This document shows positions 19,867 through 30,770 of a DNA stretch of 64,000 bases, one piece after another; the first letter of the stretch is position 1, and each line of letters starts with the position of its first letter. The notes under the pieces were generated by a model, which saw nothing but the letters and a program-made list of their open reading frames with translations, did not search any database and had not been told where the DNA came from. The position numbers and the translations under genes are program-made. Source of the stretch: Candidatus Kapaibacterium sp. (GTDB lineage Bacteria > Bacteroidota > Ignavibacteria > Kapaibacteriales > UBA2268). The stretch is taken from contig JAMLHE010000005.1 in the NCBI GenBank assembly GCA_023957315.1, forward strand, positions 169,132 to 233,131. The letters run 5' to 3'.

Positions 19867-19904
19867 GAGTGCCATTACGTCTTAAGTGATGGCACTCTTT
19901 TATT
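19867..19904 (+). terminator. Rho-independent terminator after the repeat lipoprotein
   Basis: gagtgccat-(13 nt)-atggcactc hairpin followed by TTTTATT. Confidence 0.6.
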
Positions 19905-19919
19905 ATTTCGCGAGTAAAT

Positions 19920-22900
19920 ATGAGCATGAACATAAGATTTTTAATTGCATTTGCAATTGTGGCATTATCAATTCATTTAAATCCCTCAGTTGAACTTCAA
20001 TCTGCAGAAAGTAACTCCTACATCATCAAATACAATGGCAATCTTAAGCAAAGGTTCGCTACAGTTAATTTCGATTTAGAAGTGAAGAAAGTTTTTCGGA
20101 GCGAAATGATTAATACCGAAAAAATTTCAGACCAATTAATGAGTGCGGAAGCTCAAAACTTGCTTAGATTGCTTGGCAATTATTACGAAGTAAAAGTTAC
20201 AAGAGACGAATTTGAAAAATTGAATGAATTATTCCAAAATGATGGTAGCCTCATTAGCATTACGCCCAATCATATTTATTCCATTAATAAAATCGCCCAA
20301 ACAAATGATTCACTATTTTCTCAACAGTGGAATTTGAAGCAAGTCAATGCTCTAAAAGCATGGGAAAAGGCTGACGGCAAAGGCGTAATTGTCGGCGTAA
20401 TTGATACAGGTATTGACTTTGAACACCCCGATTTGATTGGCGGATTGTGGATAAATTCGAAAGAGGATATAAATGGTAACGGACGATTTGATGCTTGGAG
20501 TGTGAATGAAATCCGAAACGGTGTTTCGGGCGATTTGGACGGGATTGACAATGATGGAAACGGCTTTATTGATGATGTGATAGGCTACGATTTTGTGGAC
20601 CAAGATGTGGTAAATTTCGGTGACTATCGAGACCCCGACCCAATTCCCGAAGATGAAGGCGACCATGGTACAAGTGTATCGGGTATAATTGCAGCATCTA
20701 CTAATAATGAAATTGGCATAGCAAGTGTAGCACCCGGTGCAAGGATTTTGACGTCTAAAGCGTTTGATATATCGGGCAATGCCGAAGCCGATGACATTGC
20801 GAAAGCTATCATTTATGCTGTGCTGAACGGTGCAAAAGTCCTGAATTTCAGCTTTGGTGAGCGCTACGAATCGCCCATAATGTACGATGCAATCAAATTT
20901 GCTTACAATGCCGGATGTGTCATGATAACGTCTGCCGGAAATACAGGCTGGTTTGGTGAGCATTATCCATCAATATATCCTGAGGTTATCAACGTGGGAG
21001 GAACGAATTCCATGGGTGGCAGATATGGCAGAAGCAACTACGGTTCTTTCATAGATTTAGTTGCCCCGGGCGAACAAGTCATGACAACTGTCGCAGGTGG
21101 CGGCTATGCCAATGTTTCGGGTACTTCAATTGCCGCTCCGCACGTCTCGGCTGTTGTGGCGATGCTTTTTGAAATTGACCCGACTTTGAAACCGAGCGAA
21201 ATTCATGGGATTTTAGCGGCAACATCTTACGACATCGGTGATGAAGGTTGGGATGTATTTTTCGGTGCAGGAATTTTAGATGCTTACGAAGCAGTTAATT
21301 TTGTCGGTTCATCGGTATTTATGATTGATTCCCCAACAAATGAAACTGAATTTTACGCAGATAGAACACCAATTATTGATATTTACGGTTCTGTTGCTAC
21401 TCCCCTTTTCGATAGCTATGTAATCAAAATTGGCAGAGGAATTTTGCCGGAAGTTTGGACAGATGTTTATACGGACAATCGTCAAAAAATCAACGACAAA
21501 CTCGGCTCAATTGATATTAGCAATTTAATGACCGGAAAATATAATGTGTCATTATATGTAAATCTCAAAAATAAGAAGACAATCGAACGCAGGATAACTA
21601 TAAATATTACAAATGAAAATGATAGCGCCAAATTTGAGTATCTCAACGTCGTGTCGGCATTTGCAAATGATAAAAGAGTGATATTAATCGGTGCCAAAAC
21701 ATCCAAAAAAGGCACGATGACAGTGAAATTCAGAGCTAATGAAAGTGATGAATATACATATCTGAAGCAATTCAAACATAAGAGCATTTATCATTCCATC
21801 GAAATATTTTCAGGGCTAACTCCCGGGCAAAATTATCAAGCAATAGCTGAAGTGATTACAAATTCCGGAGATACTTTGACTCGAGAATTCGAATTTTCGG
21901 TTGAAAATGATGTTTGGACGACTGAAAATTTCGACCCAAAACCCTATTCGATTCATCGCTCATACATAAATAACAATCATTATGATTTATATGGCGACGG
22001 CAATCCGGTATTTGTTGTAAATGATTTGTCAAGTTTAAATATCGGGACGACTAAAATTTATCAGTACCAATCCGGTCAACTCGTGCTCAGAGATACATCA
22101 GTAGCGGCGTGGATACCTGTCGGTATGGGTGATTCGAACGGCGATGGTATTCCTGAAATTTTTGCAACTGCCCAATTTAATTCCGTTTCGGAGCAAGGAA
22201 ATTTCTTAGGCGATAATCCTTTTGCTAAACAAGTTTTCAAGAATCCGGTCGGAACTTCGTTTTGGGGCGAACAAATGTATGACCTTGACGGCGATGGTAA
22301 AAAAGATTTAATCGGGTATCGTTACGAAGTCGAGAACCGCCACTATCTTGTGTATGAGAATGTAAACGGCGAATACAAAATTAAAACAACTGCAGAATTG
22401 CCGGAAAATCTGAGGAATGTACCAATCACAAGAAATTCTGCAATTGCTGATTTGGACGGTGACGGGAAATTAGAATTATGCTTTGTGAACACAAATAGCA
22501 ATGTGCTTATATATCAATACGAAAACGGAACTTTCAACATTGAATGGGTTGATTCTACAAAAAAATCAAATTCAAATCAGTTCCTGACGACAGCCGATAT
22601 TGACGGCGACGGGATTCCGGAAATCATCCATATGTTTGCCGAATCGGAAATATTGTTCCAAAATAATGAGGCTCCGTCGAATATTTGGACAGCACGAGTT
22701 TTGAAATCAACTGCACATAACAGCTACGAGGAAATTTGGAAGGAACATTTTTATGGCGTGAAACAAGGCTTCGTAAGGACACTTTTCAGCTACAGAAATG
22801 GTATTGCAAGCGGAGATTTGGATGGCGAACCGGGCGATGAGATAATTTTCTCACCTTTCCCGAACCTTTATGTTTACAGGTATAACAAGCAAAGCAAGGA

Positions 22901-24227
22901 ATTTGAAAAATTCTGGTGGTACCCGTCAACGTTGTCCAATTCAGCATTAATCGCAGATATAGATGGAAATGGCATGAATGAAATCGGATTCACGACATTC
23001 AGTTCGATGCGCTTTTTCGAGTACCGCAAGGGATTCGACGGTCCCAAAATGCCAACCAATTTCAAAGGTGTAGCACTTGACGCCGTAAGCGGCAAATTAA
23101 CTTGGGATATGATGGATGATGCCGAAATGTATTTGGTGTATCAGTTAGTTCAAGATGGCAATAATGTGAATGCAATTTTGATAAAAGAAACTACCTTTAA
23201 TGAACTGATAATTCAAGGGCTGACACCAGGCGGTACTTACGAATTTGTCTTGCGAAGCTTCAATTCCACTAAGCCCGACAAATTGAGTGATTACACAGAT
23301 GTTGCAACTATCACTGCTATTGCTCCAGCAAAATTTATAAGTGCGGAAAGCACCGATAAGAATGTCGTAGAGGTAGTATTCAGCGGATTTTTACCTCATA
23401 ATCATATCGAAGCCGGCATCTTTCTCTTATTTGACGATGAAGGTAATTACTTATCAGCAAGCTCGAGCACAATTACAAGCTATGATTCAGTCGCTCTCGT
23501 TACATTTCCTATTAATTTTGAACCGAATAAAAACTATAAACTCGTGATTAATCCTTTTTTGGATAGATTTGATAATTTAGTGACATCAGATTCTACATTT
23601 TTCACTTATAGCACTGAGCCTCTCGAAGACGAAATGTTTTTGGTTAAACTCATCTTTTTATCGCAAACTTTATTGCAATTAGAATTTTCGGAAGCTGTTG
23701 AATTGGAAAGCTCATCAAATAGGGCAAATTATGTGATGAAGCCCTTCGGCGAAGTTCTATTTGCAGAACGCAGCAATACAGATTCCACATTAGTATTGCT
23801 CAATATAAGCCAAAGTCTGAGAGACAGAGGAGCGAGGGGATTTGACTACACAATATCAGCGTATAATATCAACTCCACTGACGGCACTCCAATTACAAAG
23901 GGTCCGGGCAATACACTCGGTTTCGTGATTTCATCGGACGACCTTATAGACCCTTATGTTTTCCCGCACCCGATTGTACTTTCCGAAGAGCCAAAGATAT
24001 TTTTTGCGAATTTGACTCAATTCGCTACCGTCAAAATCATGAGCCTCGACGGAGTAGAAATAATCAGCTTGTTGGAAAACAACGGCAATGGTGGTGTTGA
24101 ATGGGACGGTAGAGACAGACACGGAGCACTTATTCCACCGGGCATTTATACTTATGAAGTCAGCGGCACAAACTCAGAAGGTATCGAAGTTTTTGCGAAC
24201 AAGAACAAATTTGTTGTGTTGCCATAA
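19920..24227 (+). CDS. Subtilisin-like serine protease (S8) fused to FG-GAP/VCBS-type repeats, FN3-like region and C-terminal FlgD-Ig/T9SS-like sorting domain
   Basis: Catalytic triad contexts VIVGVIDTGID (Asp), HGTSVSGIIAA (His) and GTSIAAPHVSAVVAML (Ser). Repeats DLDGDGKKDLIG, DIDGDGIPEII, DLDGEPGDEIIF and DIDGNGMNEIGF. C-terminal ...EWDGRDRHGALIPPGIYTYEV... Ig-like sorting-type domain. Signal peptide present. Confidence 0.85.
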   Translation: MSMNIRFLIAFAIVALSIHLNPSVELQSAESNSYIIKYNGNLKQRFATVNFDLEVKKVFRSEMINTEKISDQLMSAEAQNLLRLLGNYYEVKVTRDEFEKLNELFQNDGSLISITPNHIYSINKIAQTNDSLFSQQWNLKQVNALKAWEKADGKGVIVGVIDTGIDFEHPDLIGGLWINSKEDINGNGRFDAWSVNEIRNGVSGDLDGIDNDGNGFIDDVIGYDFVDQDVVNFGDYRDPDPIPEDEGDHGTSVSGIIAASTNNEIGIASVAPGARILTSKAFDISGNAEADDIAKAIIYAVLNGAKVLNFSFGERYESPIMYDAIKFAYNAGCVMITSAGNTGWFGEHYPSIYPEVINVGGTNSMGGRYGRSNYGSFIDLVAPGEQVMTTVAGGGYANVSGTSIAAPHVSAVVAMLFEIDPTLKPSEIHGILAATSYDIGDEGWDVFFGAGILDAYEAVNFVGSSVFMIDSPTNETEFYADRTPIIDIYGSVATPLFDSYVIKIGRGILPEVWTDVYTDNRQKINDKLGSIDISNLMTGKYNVSLYVNLKNKKTIERRITINITNENDSAKFEYLNVVSAFANDKRVILIGAKTSKKGTMTVKFRANESDEYTYLKQFKHKSIYHSIEIFSGLTPGQNYQAIAEVITNSGDTLTREFEFSVENDVWTTENFDPKPYSIHRSYINNNHYDLYGDGNPVFVVNDLSSLNIGTTKIYQYQSGQLVLRDTSVAAWIPVGMGDSNGDGIPEIFATAQFNSVSEQGNFLGDNPFAKQVFKNPVGTSFWGEQMYDLDGDGKKDLIGYRYEVENRHYLVYENVNGEYKIKTTAELPENLRNVPITRNSAIADLDGDGKLELCFVNTNSNVLIYQYENGTFNIEWVDSTKKSNSNQFLTTADIDGDGIPEIIHMFAESEILFQNNEAPSNIWTARVLKSTAHNSYEEIWKEHFYGVKQGFVRTLFSYRNGIASGDLDGEPGDEIIFSPFPNLYVYRYNKQSKEFEKFWWYPSTLSNSALIADIDGNGMNEIGFTTFSSMRFFEYRKGFDGPKMPTNFKGVALDAVSGKLTWDMMDDAEMYLVYQLVQDGNNVNAILIKETTFNELIIQGLTPGGTYEFVLRSFNSTKPDKLSDYTDVATITAIAPAKFISAESTDKNVVEVVFSGFLPHNHIEAGIFLLFDDEGNYLSASSSTITSYDSVALVTFPINFEPNKNYKLVINPFLDRFDNLVTSDSTFFTYSTEPLEDEMFLVKLIFLSQTLLQLEFSEAVELESSSNRANYVMKPFGEVLFAERSNTDSTLVLLNISQSLRDRGARGFDYTISAYNINSTDGTPITKGPGNTLGFVISSDDLIDPYVFPHPIVLSEEPKIFFANLTQFATVKIMSLDGVEIISLLENNGNGGVEWDGRDRHGALIPPGIYTYEVSGTNSEGIEVFANKNKFVVLP

Positions 24228-24337
24228 GTAAATTCTGCGATTCATGTGTTACGTCTTTGTTACAAACTGACGTGACATTGCATATTCTTTGTGAACTTTG
24301 CGGTTAAATTGAATTTAAGAAAAATGAAATAACACTC

Positions 24338-25354
24338 TTAAACAAGATTTACTTCTCGTTCGAGCTTGATACCAAATTTGGATTTGACTGTATCAATGAT
24401 AAATTCGGATAACTCAAATATTTCTCTACCCTTTCCTCCGCCGTTATTAACAAGCACCAGAGCATGTTTATCCGATACTCCAATATTAGAGTTCGTCATT
24501 CTGTGCCCTTTCAGTCCGGCTAAATCAATTAGCTTTCCTGCATGAACTTTAACTTTATCACCATTTATGAATCCACCAATATCGGGAAAATTAGATTTCA
24601 ATAAATAATAGAATTCAAGATTCAATTCAGGATTCTTAAAGAAGCTGCCCGCATTCGGAATATTTTCGGGATATGGGATTTTTCTGCGGCGGATATCGCA
24701 AATTGCTTCAAATAATTCAATTGGAGTAATTTTATTTAGTGAAACACCATCAAATCTATCGCTCAAATCCTTGTATGAAATATTTGGCTCAAATTCTTTA
24801 GAAAGTTGATACGACACTGATGTTATGATATATTGATTTTTATGTCTTTTAAAAAATGAATCACGATAAGCAAATTTGCAATCATCCTTGTCAAAAGTGA
24901 TGAATTGCCCCGATTTGACATCGAATGCTCTCAGCGAGAGGAAACAATTTTCTTGTTCGACGCCATAAGCACCGATATTTTGGATTGGTGCGGCTCCAAC
25001 AGTTCCGGGAATAAGTGCCAAATTTTCCATCCCGTAAGATTCATTGCGGATACAAAATTCAAGAAATTCGTGCCAATTTTCACCGGCACCTGCCGTAATC
25101 GTTCTCGAATCTGACGAATCTTCAATTTCCAGCCCTTTGATTTCAATTTTCAGAATCGGATTTTGGACAATATCATCAACAAAAACAATATTAGACCCAC
25201 CGCCCAGGACAATGAAGCCGGATGATTCAAAAAATCCACTATCGTATAAGTCAATCAAATCACTTTCCGATTCGATAACGAGCAACGATGAAGCAATTGC
25301 ATCAATAGCAAATGTATTTAAATTTTCTAAGGAAATATTTTTGTATTCAATCAT
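24338..25354 (-). CDS. murB: UDP-N-acetylenolpyruvoylglucosamine reductase
   Basis: FAD-binding VLGGGSNIVF motif and MurB C-terminal domain; 338 aa. Confidence 0.85.
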   Translation of the reverse strand: MIEYKNISLENLNTFAIDAIASSLLVIESESDLIDLYDSGFFESSGFIVLGGGSNIVFVDDIVQNPILKIEIKGLEIEDSSDSRTITAGAGENWHEFLEFCIRNESYGMENLALIPGTVGAAPIQNIGAYGVEQENCFLSLRAFDVKSGQFITFDKDDCKFAYRDSFFKRHKNQYIITSVSYQLSKEFEPNISYKDLSDRFDGVSLNKITPIELFEAICDIRRRKIPYPENIPNAGSFFKNPELNLEFYYLLKSNFPDIGGFINGDKVKVHAGKLIDLAGLKGHRMTNSNIGVSDKHALVLVNNGGGKGREIFELSEFIIDTVKSKFGIKLEREVNLV

Positions 25355-25412
25355 AAAATATGCGGAACAGTTGAACTATTCCGCAAATATATCAAAAAAA
25401 ACGTGATAATCA

Positions 25413-26807
25413 TTATTTAATATTCGGACCGAGCATATCAGCCGGATTCACAAGTCTGTCAAAATCTTCCTCACTCAAGATTGCAAGCTCAATCGCAGCT
25501 TCTTTCAGAGTTTTTCCGTGATGATGAGCATGTTTTGCGATTTTTGCGGCATTGTCATATCCAATATGAGGATTGAGTGCAGTAACGAGCATCAAGGTGT
25601 TATTCACAAAATGACTAATTTGAGCCCTATTCGCTTCGATACCGACAGCACAATGCTCGTTGAACATAACGCAAGTATCAGCAAGCAAGCGGGCACTTTG
25701 CAAGAAATTGAAAATCATAACGGGTTTGAAAACGTTCAACTCGAAATTGCCTTGAGTTCCGGCGAAATTGATTGTGGCATCATTTCCCATAACTTGAGCG
25801 ACGACCATTGTCATAGCTTCGGATTGAGTAGGATTGACCTTTCCTGGCATAATTGACGAACCGGGTTCGTTCTCGGGAATAGTTAGCTCGCCGATGCCAC
25901 ATCGTGGACCCGAAGCCAACCAACGAATGTCATTAGCAATTTTCATGAGCGATGCAGCCAATGTTTTCAGCGCTCCATGTGCGAACACAAGAGCATCATG
26001 AGCAGCAAGTGATTCGAATTTATTTGGCGCTGTGACGAATGGCAGTCCTGTAAGCGATGCAATAGCTTCGGCTGATTTGACGGCGAACTGCGGATGTGCA
26101 TTTAGACCCGTGCCAACGGCAGTTCCGCCGAGTGCTAATTCTAACAAGCCCGGCATTACTAAACGGATTCTCTCGATGCCGTTTTCCAATTGCTTGACGT
26201 AGCCCGAAAATTCCTGACCTAAAGTAAGCGGTACGGCATCCATCAAATGAGTTCGCCCTACTTTGATAACATCATCAAATTCGATAGCTTTTTTATTCAA
26301 TGTATCCATCAATACTTGCACCGACGGAATTAATTTATTATTCAAAATTTCAGCAGCGGCTATGTGCATTGCAGTTGGAAAAGTATCGTTTGAACTTTGC
26401 GACTTATTAACGTCATCATTGGGATGAATGGGGCTTTTGCTGCCCATTACGCCACCTGCAATTTCGATAGCACGGTTTGAAATCACCTCATTTGCGTTCA
26501 TATTCGTTTGGGTGCCGGAACCGGTCTGCCAGATTGATAGCGGGAAATGAGCATCTAAAGTGCCGGCAATTACTTCATCGGCAGCTTGTGTGATTAAATC
26601 TAACTTTTCAGAGCTCAAAGTTCCAAGCTGATTATTAGTCATAGCAGCAGCTTTTTTCAAAATGCCGATAGCGCGAATAATTTCGCGTGGCATTTTTTCC
26701 GTTCCAATATCAAAATGTATCAAAGACCTTGCCGATTGTGCTCCCCAATATACGTTAAAAGGGACTTCAATCTCACCCATTGAATCTTTTTCGATTCGTG
26801 AATTCAT
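25413..26807 (-). CDS. fumC: Fumarate hydratase class II
   Basis: Signature [17 protein letters not shown]-terminus [20 protein letters not shown] is of the FumC type rather than AspA. Confidence 0.85.
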   Translation of the reverse strand: MNSRIEKDSMGEIEVPFNVYWGAQSARSLIHFDIGTEKMPREIIRAIGILKKAAAMTNNQLGTLSSEKLDLITQAADEVIAGTLDAHFPLSIWQTGSGTQTNMNANEVISNRAIEIAGGVMGSKSPIHPNDDVNKSQSSNDTFPTAMHIAAAEILNNKLIPSVQVLMDTLNKKAIEFDDVIKVGRTHLMDAVPLTLGQEFSGYVKQLENGIERIRLVMPGLLELALGGTAVGTGLNAHPQFAVKSAEAIASLTGLPFVTAPNKFESLAAHDALVFAHGALKTLAASLMKIANDIRWLASGPRCGIGELTIPENEPGSSIMPGKVNPTQSEAMTMVVAQVMGNDATINFAGTQGNFELNVFKPVMIFNFLQSARLLADTCVMFNEHCAVGIEANRAQISHFVNNTLMLVTALNPHIGYDNAAKIAKHAHHHGKTLKEAAIELAILSEEDFDRLVNPADMLGPNIK

Positions 26808-26857
26808 AATTTTCTCTCCATTTTTTTCTATAAAATGTTTGTAAAATTTCTAAACTT

Positions 26858-29800
26858 TTAAAGTAATAAAATTTCATCAAAATCTGTTTCAATTCTTTCA
26901 TTTAATTGGGCAAATTCTGAAGAATCAATTTTGTATGTAAAGCACCAATCACTATTATCATCGCTTGCAATATTTGTAAAAATTAAGCGGCAAGTTATGC
27001 TTTTGACATTCTTGAAGCGTCGCCAAAGGAGATATGAGTAAAATTCTAACTGTGGAACATAACTCGCAGCGACTTCGCCAATTTGTTCATTTGTTATTGC
27101 ATTAGATTTCCAGTCCCAGACTTCGATATGGTCATCATCGCGCTCAAAAAGCAAATCTATAATTCCGACTAAAAATGAGTTCCTAAATGGCATATTCAAG
27201 ACAATTTCTTGTTCGGAATTGAGCAAATTGGCTAAATGAGCTCGGAAGAAGTTCGTGGATGCAGTTTTTGAGACAGTTTCAAAGACTCTATTAATAATCT
27301 CGCTTTTCGTGATTCCAAAATTTTCGGATGATGAAATACATTGTTTTCGCAAATTTTCAACATTTACGTCACCATCTTTTGCTAACCACAAATTTAGATT
27401 TTCAAAGACGTGATGAATAATCAAACCAAACTGTGTGCCGGGTGTATCATCTCTTGTGTCGCTCAGTTCAATATCATTATCACCACTATGATAGGAATCT
27501 GACAAACCGAGTATGTACCTATCCGAAAAGGCTTTTTTGTCGTTACGGAATAAGGCATATTTCGATGCCGAAATGTAATTTACTTGCTCCAAACTATCCG
27601 GAATGAATTGCCCTGTGAGCAATTTGACATCATCTTTATTTAGAGTGCTTGAAAATTTATATTTTCGCGATTCGGGTGCATCGCTATGAAAATGGAAATT
27701 GATGTTAAATTTGAATGGAACTGCCTCATCCTGAACGCGATTATCCGAATAAATACTCTGCCGAGCATAGAAAGTTCTTACTTCGACAGGTGTATTCAGC
27801 TTTTCCATAGCTATAAGTGACGCGGGGCTGAATATTGGGTCAGCGTTACGAAGCAATTCTGCAAATTCTCTCAGAGATGCCACGCCGTCTTTATTGATTT
27901 TCATTTCGGTGGAAAGTATTAGATGGTCTTTAGCTCTTGTGCAAGCCACATATAGCAGTCTTTTTAGTTCAGCAGTTTCTGCTTGTTTGTTCTTTTGCTT
28001 AACATATAACTGTGCCGGAATATCCAATTTGAGTGGTATGCTTGATTCGGCATTCCCATGTTTGAAGCTCATCTTTACGCCGCAATCCTTGTTTGTATCT
28101 AAGACTGAATTTTTGCCTGCTCGCACATTCATATTGTACAAAATAACAATTGGGAATTCTAAACCTTTCGATGCGTGGCATGTCATTAATTTTACGGCAT
28201 TCGCGGATGTATTGAATGACGCCTCTTTTTCGCCGGATATTTCGGACAAAATTTCAAATTGCTTGATGAAATCGTGCAACATCGAAAATCCGCGACGTTC
28301 AAATGCAATCGAAAATTTGATTAATTGTTGCAAATTTGCCTTGATTTGCTGAATAGCAGGTTGCCCCGACCAAGAGCCAATGTATGCAGTTTCAGCAATA
28401 ATTTTATTTATCAATCTGGGAAGTGGCAATTCTACCGAAATTTCGAGAAAACTATTGATGATTTCAAATGCTCGAGAGGTTTTTGCGTTTGCGTTAAATT
28501 CAGGATTTGATATAAAATGTTCTAATTTTTCAAATAAAGTATCGAAATTATTTAGGCGTGAGATTCGCAAAATTGTTGAATCGGCAAGCCCAAACATAGG
28601 CGACCTCAGAATTGATGCCAAAGCCAAATCATCAGCAGGGCTATTGATAAAAGTCAGAAAAGACATCACGTCAATAACTTCTTGAGCATCGTAAAAGCCG
28701 CGTCCGGAGCTTATGACATATGGCAAATTATGATGCATCAAAGCGTTTGCAATAGTCTGAATGCTCTTCTTCTTTCGGCACAAAATAGCAATATCGCCAA
28801 GGCAGGGCAGCCTCTCGCCTACTTGCTCATCTTTGACGGTTAAATCAGTTTCGCCATTTACAATTTTAAGAATAAAATTAACAACCAAATCCTCTTCTTT
28901 CTTGTGGGAATCTGGCTGTGCGTCCACATTAGTTAGCAAATCGTCCAAGATTTGTTTCGTATCCACATACTCATTTACTGCCACCAAACAATGGACACTA
29001 CCGAAATGATTGCTCAAAGTGCCACTTTCAGCCACACTTTGCTCAAGTTCCTCTACCATTCTACCGGCTACAAATGGCGAATATGGCACTTCGTATTCGG
29101 AAGATTTCGTTTGTCCTTCGGCTCCCATCAGACTATTGAAAATCAAATTGTTGAATGCTGTCAGAACCGGACGAAGACGAAAAGTAACTGTCAGATTTTG
29201 TTTACCGATATTTGAAATAGGCTCTAAAGCCTTCTCAGAATTTAGCTTGACAATGTCCTCAGTCGCTGTACCGAAAACTTTGACATCCGCTGAACGAAAT
29301 CCGTAAATACTTTGCTTGGGGTCGCCGACTATGAACAGCCTGTTTTGGGGCGGAACTGAATCGATAATTTCAATAATATGCTTGATGATTTCGTATTGTA
29401 GTGCATTCGTATCTTGGAACTCGTCCACCATGAGATATTTGATTCGGCTTGCGATTTTTTTCCGAGCATCGAAAGCATTTCGCTCCAACAAATCAAGCGT
29501 AAATAGCATCGAATCGTCAAAATCATATTTCGCTTCATCGTGCTGCTTGTTCATTAAAGTTTCAAGAGCTATATCGGAAATTCTAATCAAAGTACGGACA
29601 TCATCGAAATATTTACCGCACAAATCCCAATTCGCATAATAATCTTTATAAAAATCACCTATCAAATTTAATTCAATCTCAGGATGATTATCACGCAGGA
29701 AAGTGTTGTATTTTGTGAAAAAGTTACTCCGGCTTAATTTTAATGATGCCAATTTATCGTAAATATCCAGCAAATCATTCATGGTTAATGATTCTGTGGC

Positions 29801-30562
29801 AATTCTCAACACTGCAACATTTACGATGTCTTCAGCTTCCGGCTTAATTTTATTATAATCATATCCAACGCTTTGGGTAAAATCTCTAAGTTTGCTGAAA
29901 AATTTTGCGAAAGCAGACCGGAAGAAATCTTGCAAATCATCAATAAGTTGTGAATTATCCCGAGTGTAAATTTGTTTGATTTCTCGAAATTTTTCTTTAG
30001 AATTGAGCATCAGCGTTACATTTGTATTGATTTGATTCATGCCGTAGCGTACGAGAAGTTCAAATTCTGAGGGAAAAATATCAGGCTCGGCATAAATATT
30101 TTCAATCATTTCGTCAATTGCTGCTTTTTTGTACAGAAAGGCTTCGTATTCATCGAGTTCTGTGTAGTTGGGCGAAATATCAGCTTCGATAGGAAATTCC
30201 CGTAGCAACGAATAACAAAAGCTGTGAATGGTCATTACAGGAGCAACACTCATTTTTTCGCGAATGATTTTCAAATCTTTCAAATTTGTGTTGTATTCCC
30301 TTTTGATATCGTCGTCAAATTCATCAATCAATTTTTCGATTTTGATGATGATTCGTGAACGCATTTCCTGAGCGGCTAATTTAGTAAATGTTATGGCGAC
30401 AACCGAGTTGATATTTCTATTGCCGTGAGCAAACTCGTTCAACACCAAACGCAAGTATCGTTCTATAAGAACGGATGTTTTACCAGAGCCGGCATTTGCA
30501 TTAACAGAAATATGAATATTCGAATCAAAAGCTTTTAATTGTTCATCTGTGAAACGATTCAT
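26858..30562 (-). CDS. UvrD-family ATP-dependent helicase with C-terminal RecB-like PD-(D/E)xK nuclease (AddA-like)
   Basis: Walker A AGSGKTSVLIERY. UvrD motifs throughout. C-terminal nuclease motif GIIDLLFERDDDHIEVWDWKSN. 1234 aa. No AddB-like partner adjacent. Confidence 0.8.
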   Translation of the reverse strand: MNRFTDEQLKAFDSNIHISVNANAGSGKTSVLIERYLRLVLNEFAHGNRNINSVVAITFTKLAAQEMRSRIIIKIEKLIDEFDDDIKREYNTNLKDLKIIREKMSVAPVMTIHSFCYSLLREFPIEADISPNYTELDEYEAFLYKKAAIDEMIENIYAEPDIFPSEFELLVRYGMNQINTNVTLMLNSKEKFREIKQIYTRDNSQLIDDLQDFFRSAFAKFFSKLRDFTQSVGYDYNKIKPEAEDIVNVAVLRIATESLTMNDLLDIYDKLASLKLSRSNFFTKYNTFLRDNHPEIELNLIGDFYKDYYANWDLCGKYFDDVRTLIRISDIALETLMNKQHDEAKYDFDDSMLFTLDLLERNAFDARKKIASRIKYLMVDEFQDTNALQYEIIKHIIEIIDSVPPQNRLFIVGDPKQSIYGFRSADVKVFGTATEDIVKLNSEKALEPISNIGKQNLTVTFRLRPVLTAFNNLIFNSLMGAEGQTKSSEYEVPYSPFVAGRMVEELEQSVAESGTLSNHFGSVHCLVAVNEYVDTKQILDDLLTNVDAQPDSHKKEEDLVVNFILKIVNGETDLTVKDEQVGERLPCLGDIAILCRKKKSIQTIANALMHHNLPYVISSGRGFYDAQEVIDVMSFLTFINSPADDLALASILRSPMFGLADSTILRISRLNNFDTLFEKLEHFISNPEFNANAKTSRAFEIINSFLEISVELPLPRLINKIIAETAYIGSWSGQPAIQQIKANLQQLIKFSIAFERRGFSMLHDFIKQFEILSEISGEKEASFNTSANAVKLMTCHASKGLEFPIVILYNMNVRAGKNSVLDTNKDCGVKMSFKHGNAESSIPLKLDIPAQLYVKQKNKQAETAELKRLLYVACTRAKDHLILSTEMKINKDGVASLREFAELLRNADPIFSPASLIAMEKLNTPVEVRTFYARQSIYSDNRVQDEAVPFKFNINFHFHSDAPESRKYKFSSTLNKDDVKLLTGQFIPDSLEQVNYISASKYALFRNDKKAFSDRYILGLSDSYHSGDNDIELSDTRDDTPGTQFGLIIHHVFENLNLWLAKDGDVNVENLRKQCISSSENFGITKSEIINRVFETVSKTASTNFFRAHLANLLNSEQEIVLNMPFRNSFLVGIIDLLFERDDDHIEVWDWKSNAITNEQIGEVAASYVPQLEFYSYLLWRRFKNVKSITCRLIFTNIASDDNSDWCFTYKIDSSEFAQLNERIETDFDEILLL

Positions 30563-30646
30563 GTGTTATTTTATAAATATATGATAAAAAACTAAGTAAA
30601 GTTTGGTTAAGTCAATAAAAATGCGTATTTTTGAAGTCTAAATGAT

Positions 30647-30719
<73 letters not shown>

Positions 30720-30731
30720 CAATCGAAAACA

Positions 30732-30756
30732 AGGGGCACTAAAGCCCCTTTTTTCA
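30732..30756. terminator. Bidirectional Rho-independent terminator between tRNA-fMet and ppk2
   Basis: aggggc-actaaa-gcccct hairpin followed by TTTTTT; sits between convergent genes. Confidence 0.65.
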
Positions 30757-30770
30757 TTTTATAGCCCGGC

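Noticed and set aside
20352-20963. 203-aa minus-strand ORF and other antisense ORFs inside large genes (e.g. 3387..3590, 27894..28352, 35345..35602, 60642..61713)
   Set aside because: All are embedded antisense or out of frame within well-supported long CDSs, with no signal of independent function.
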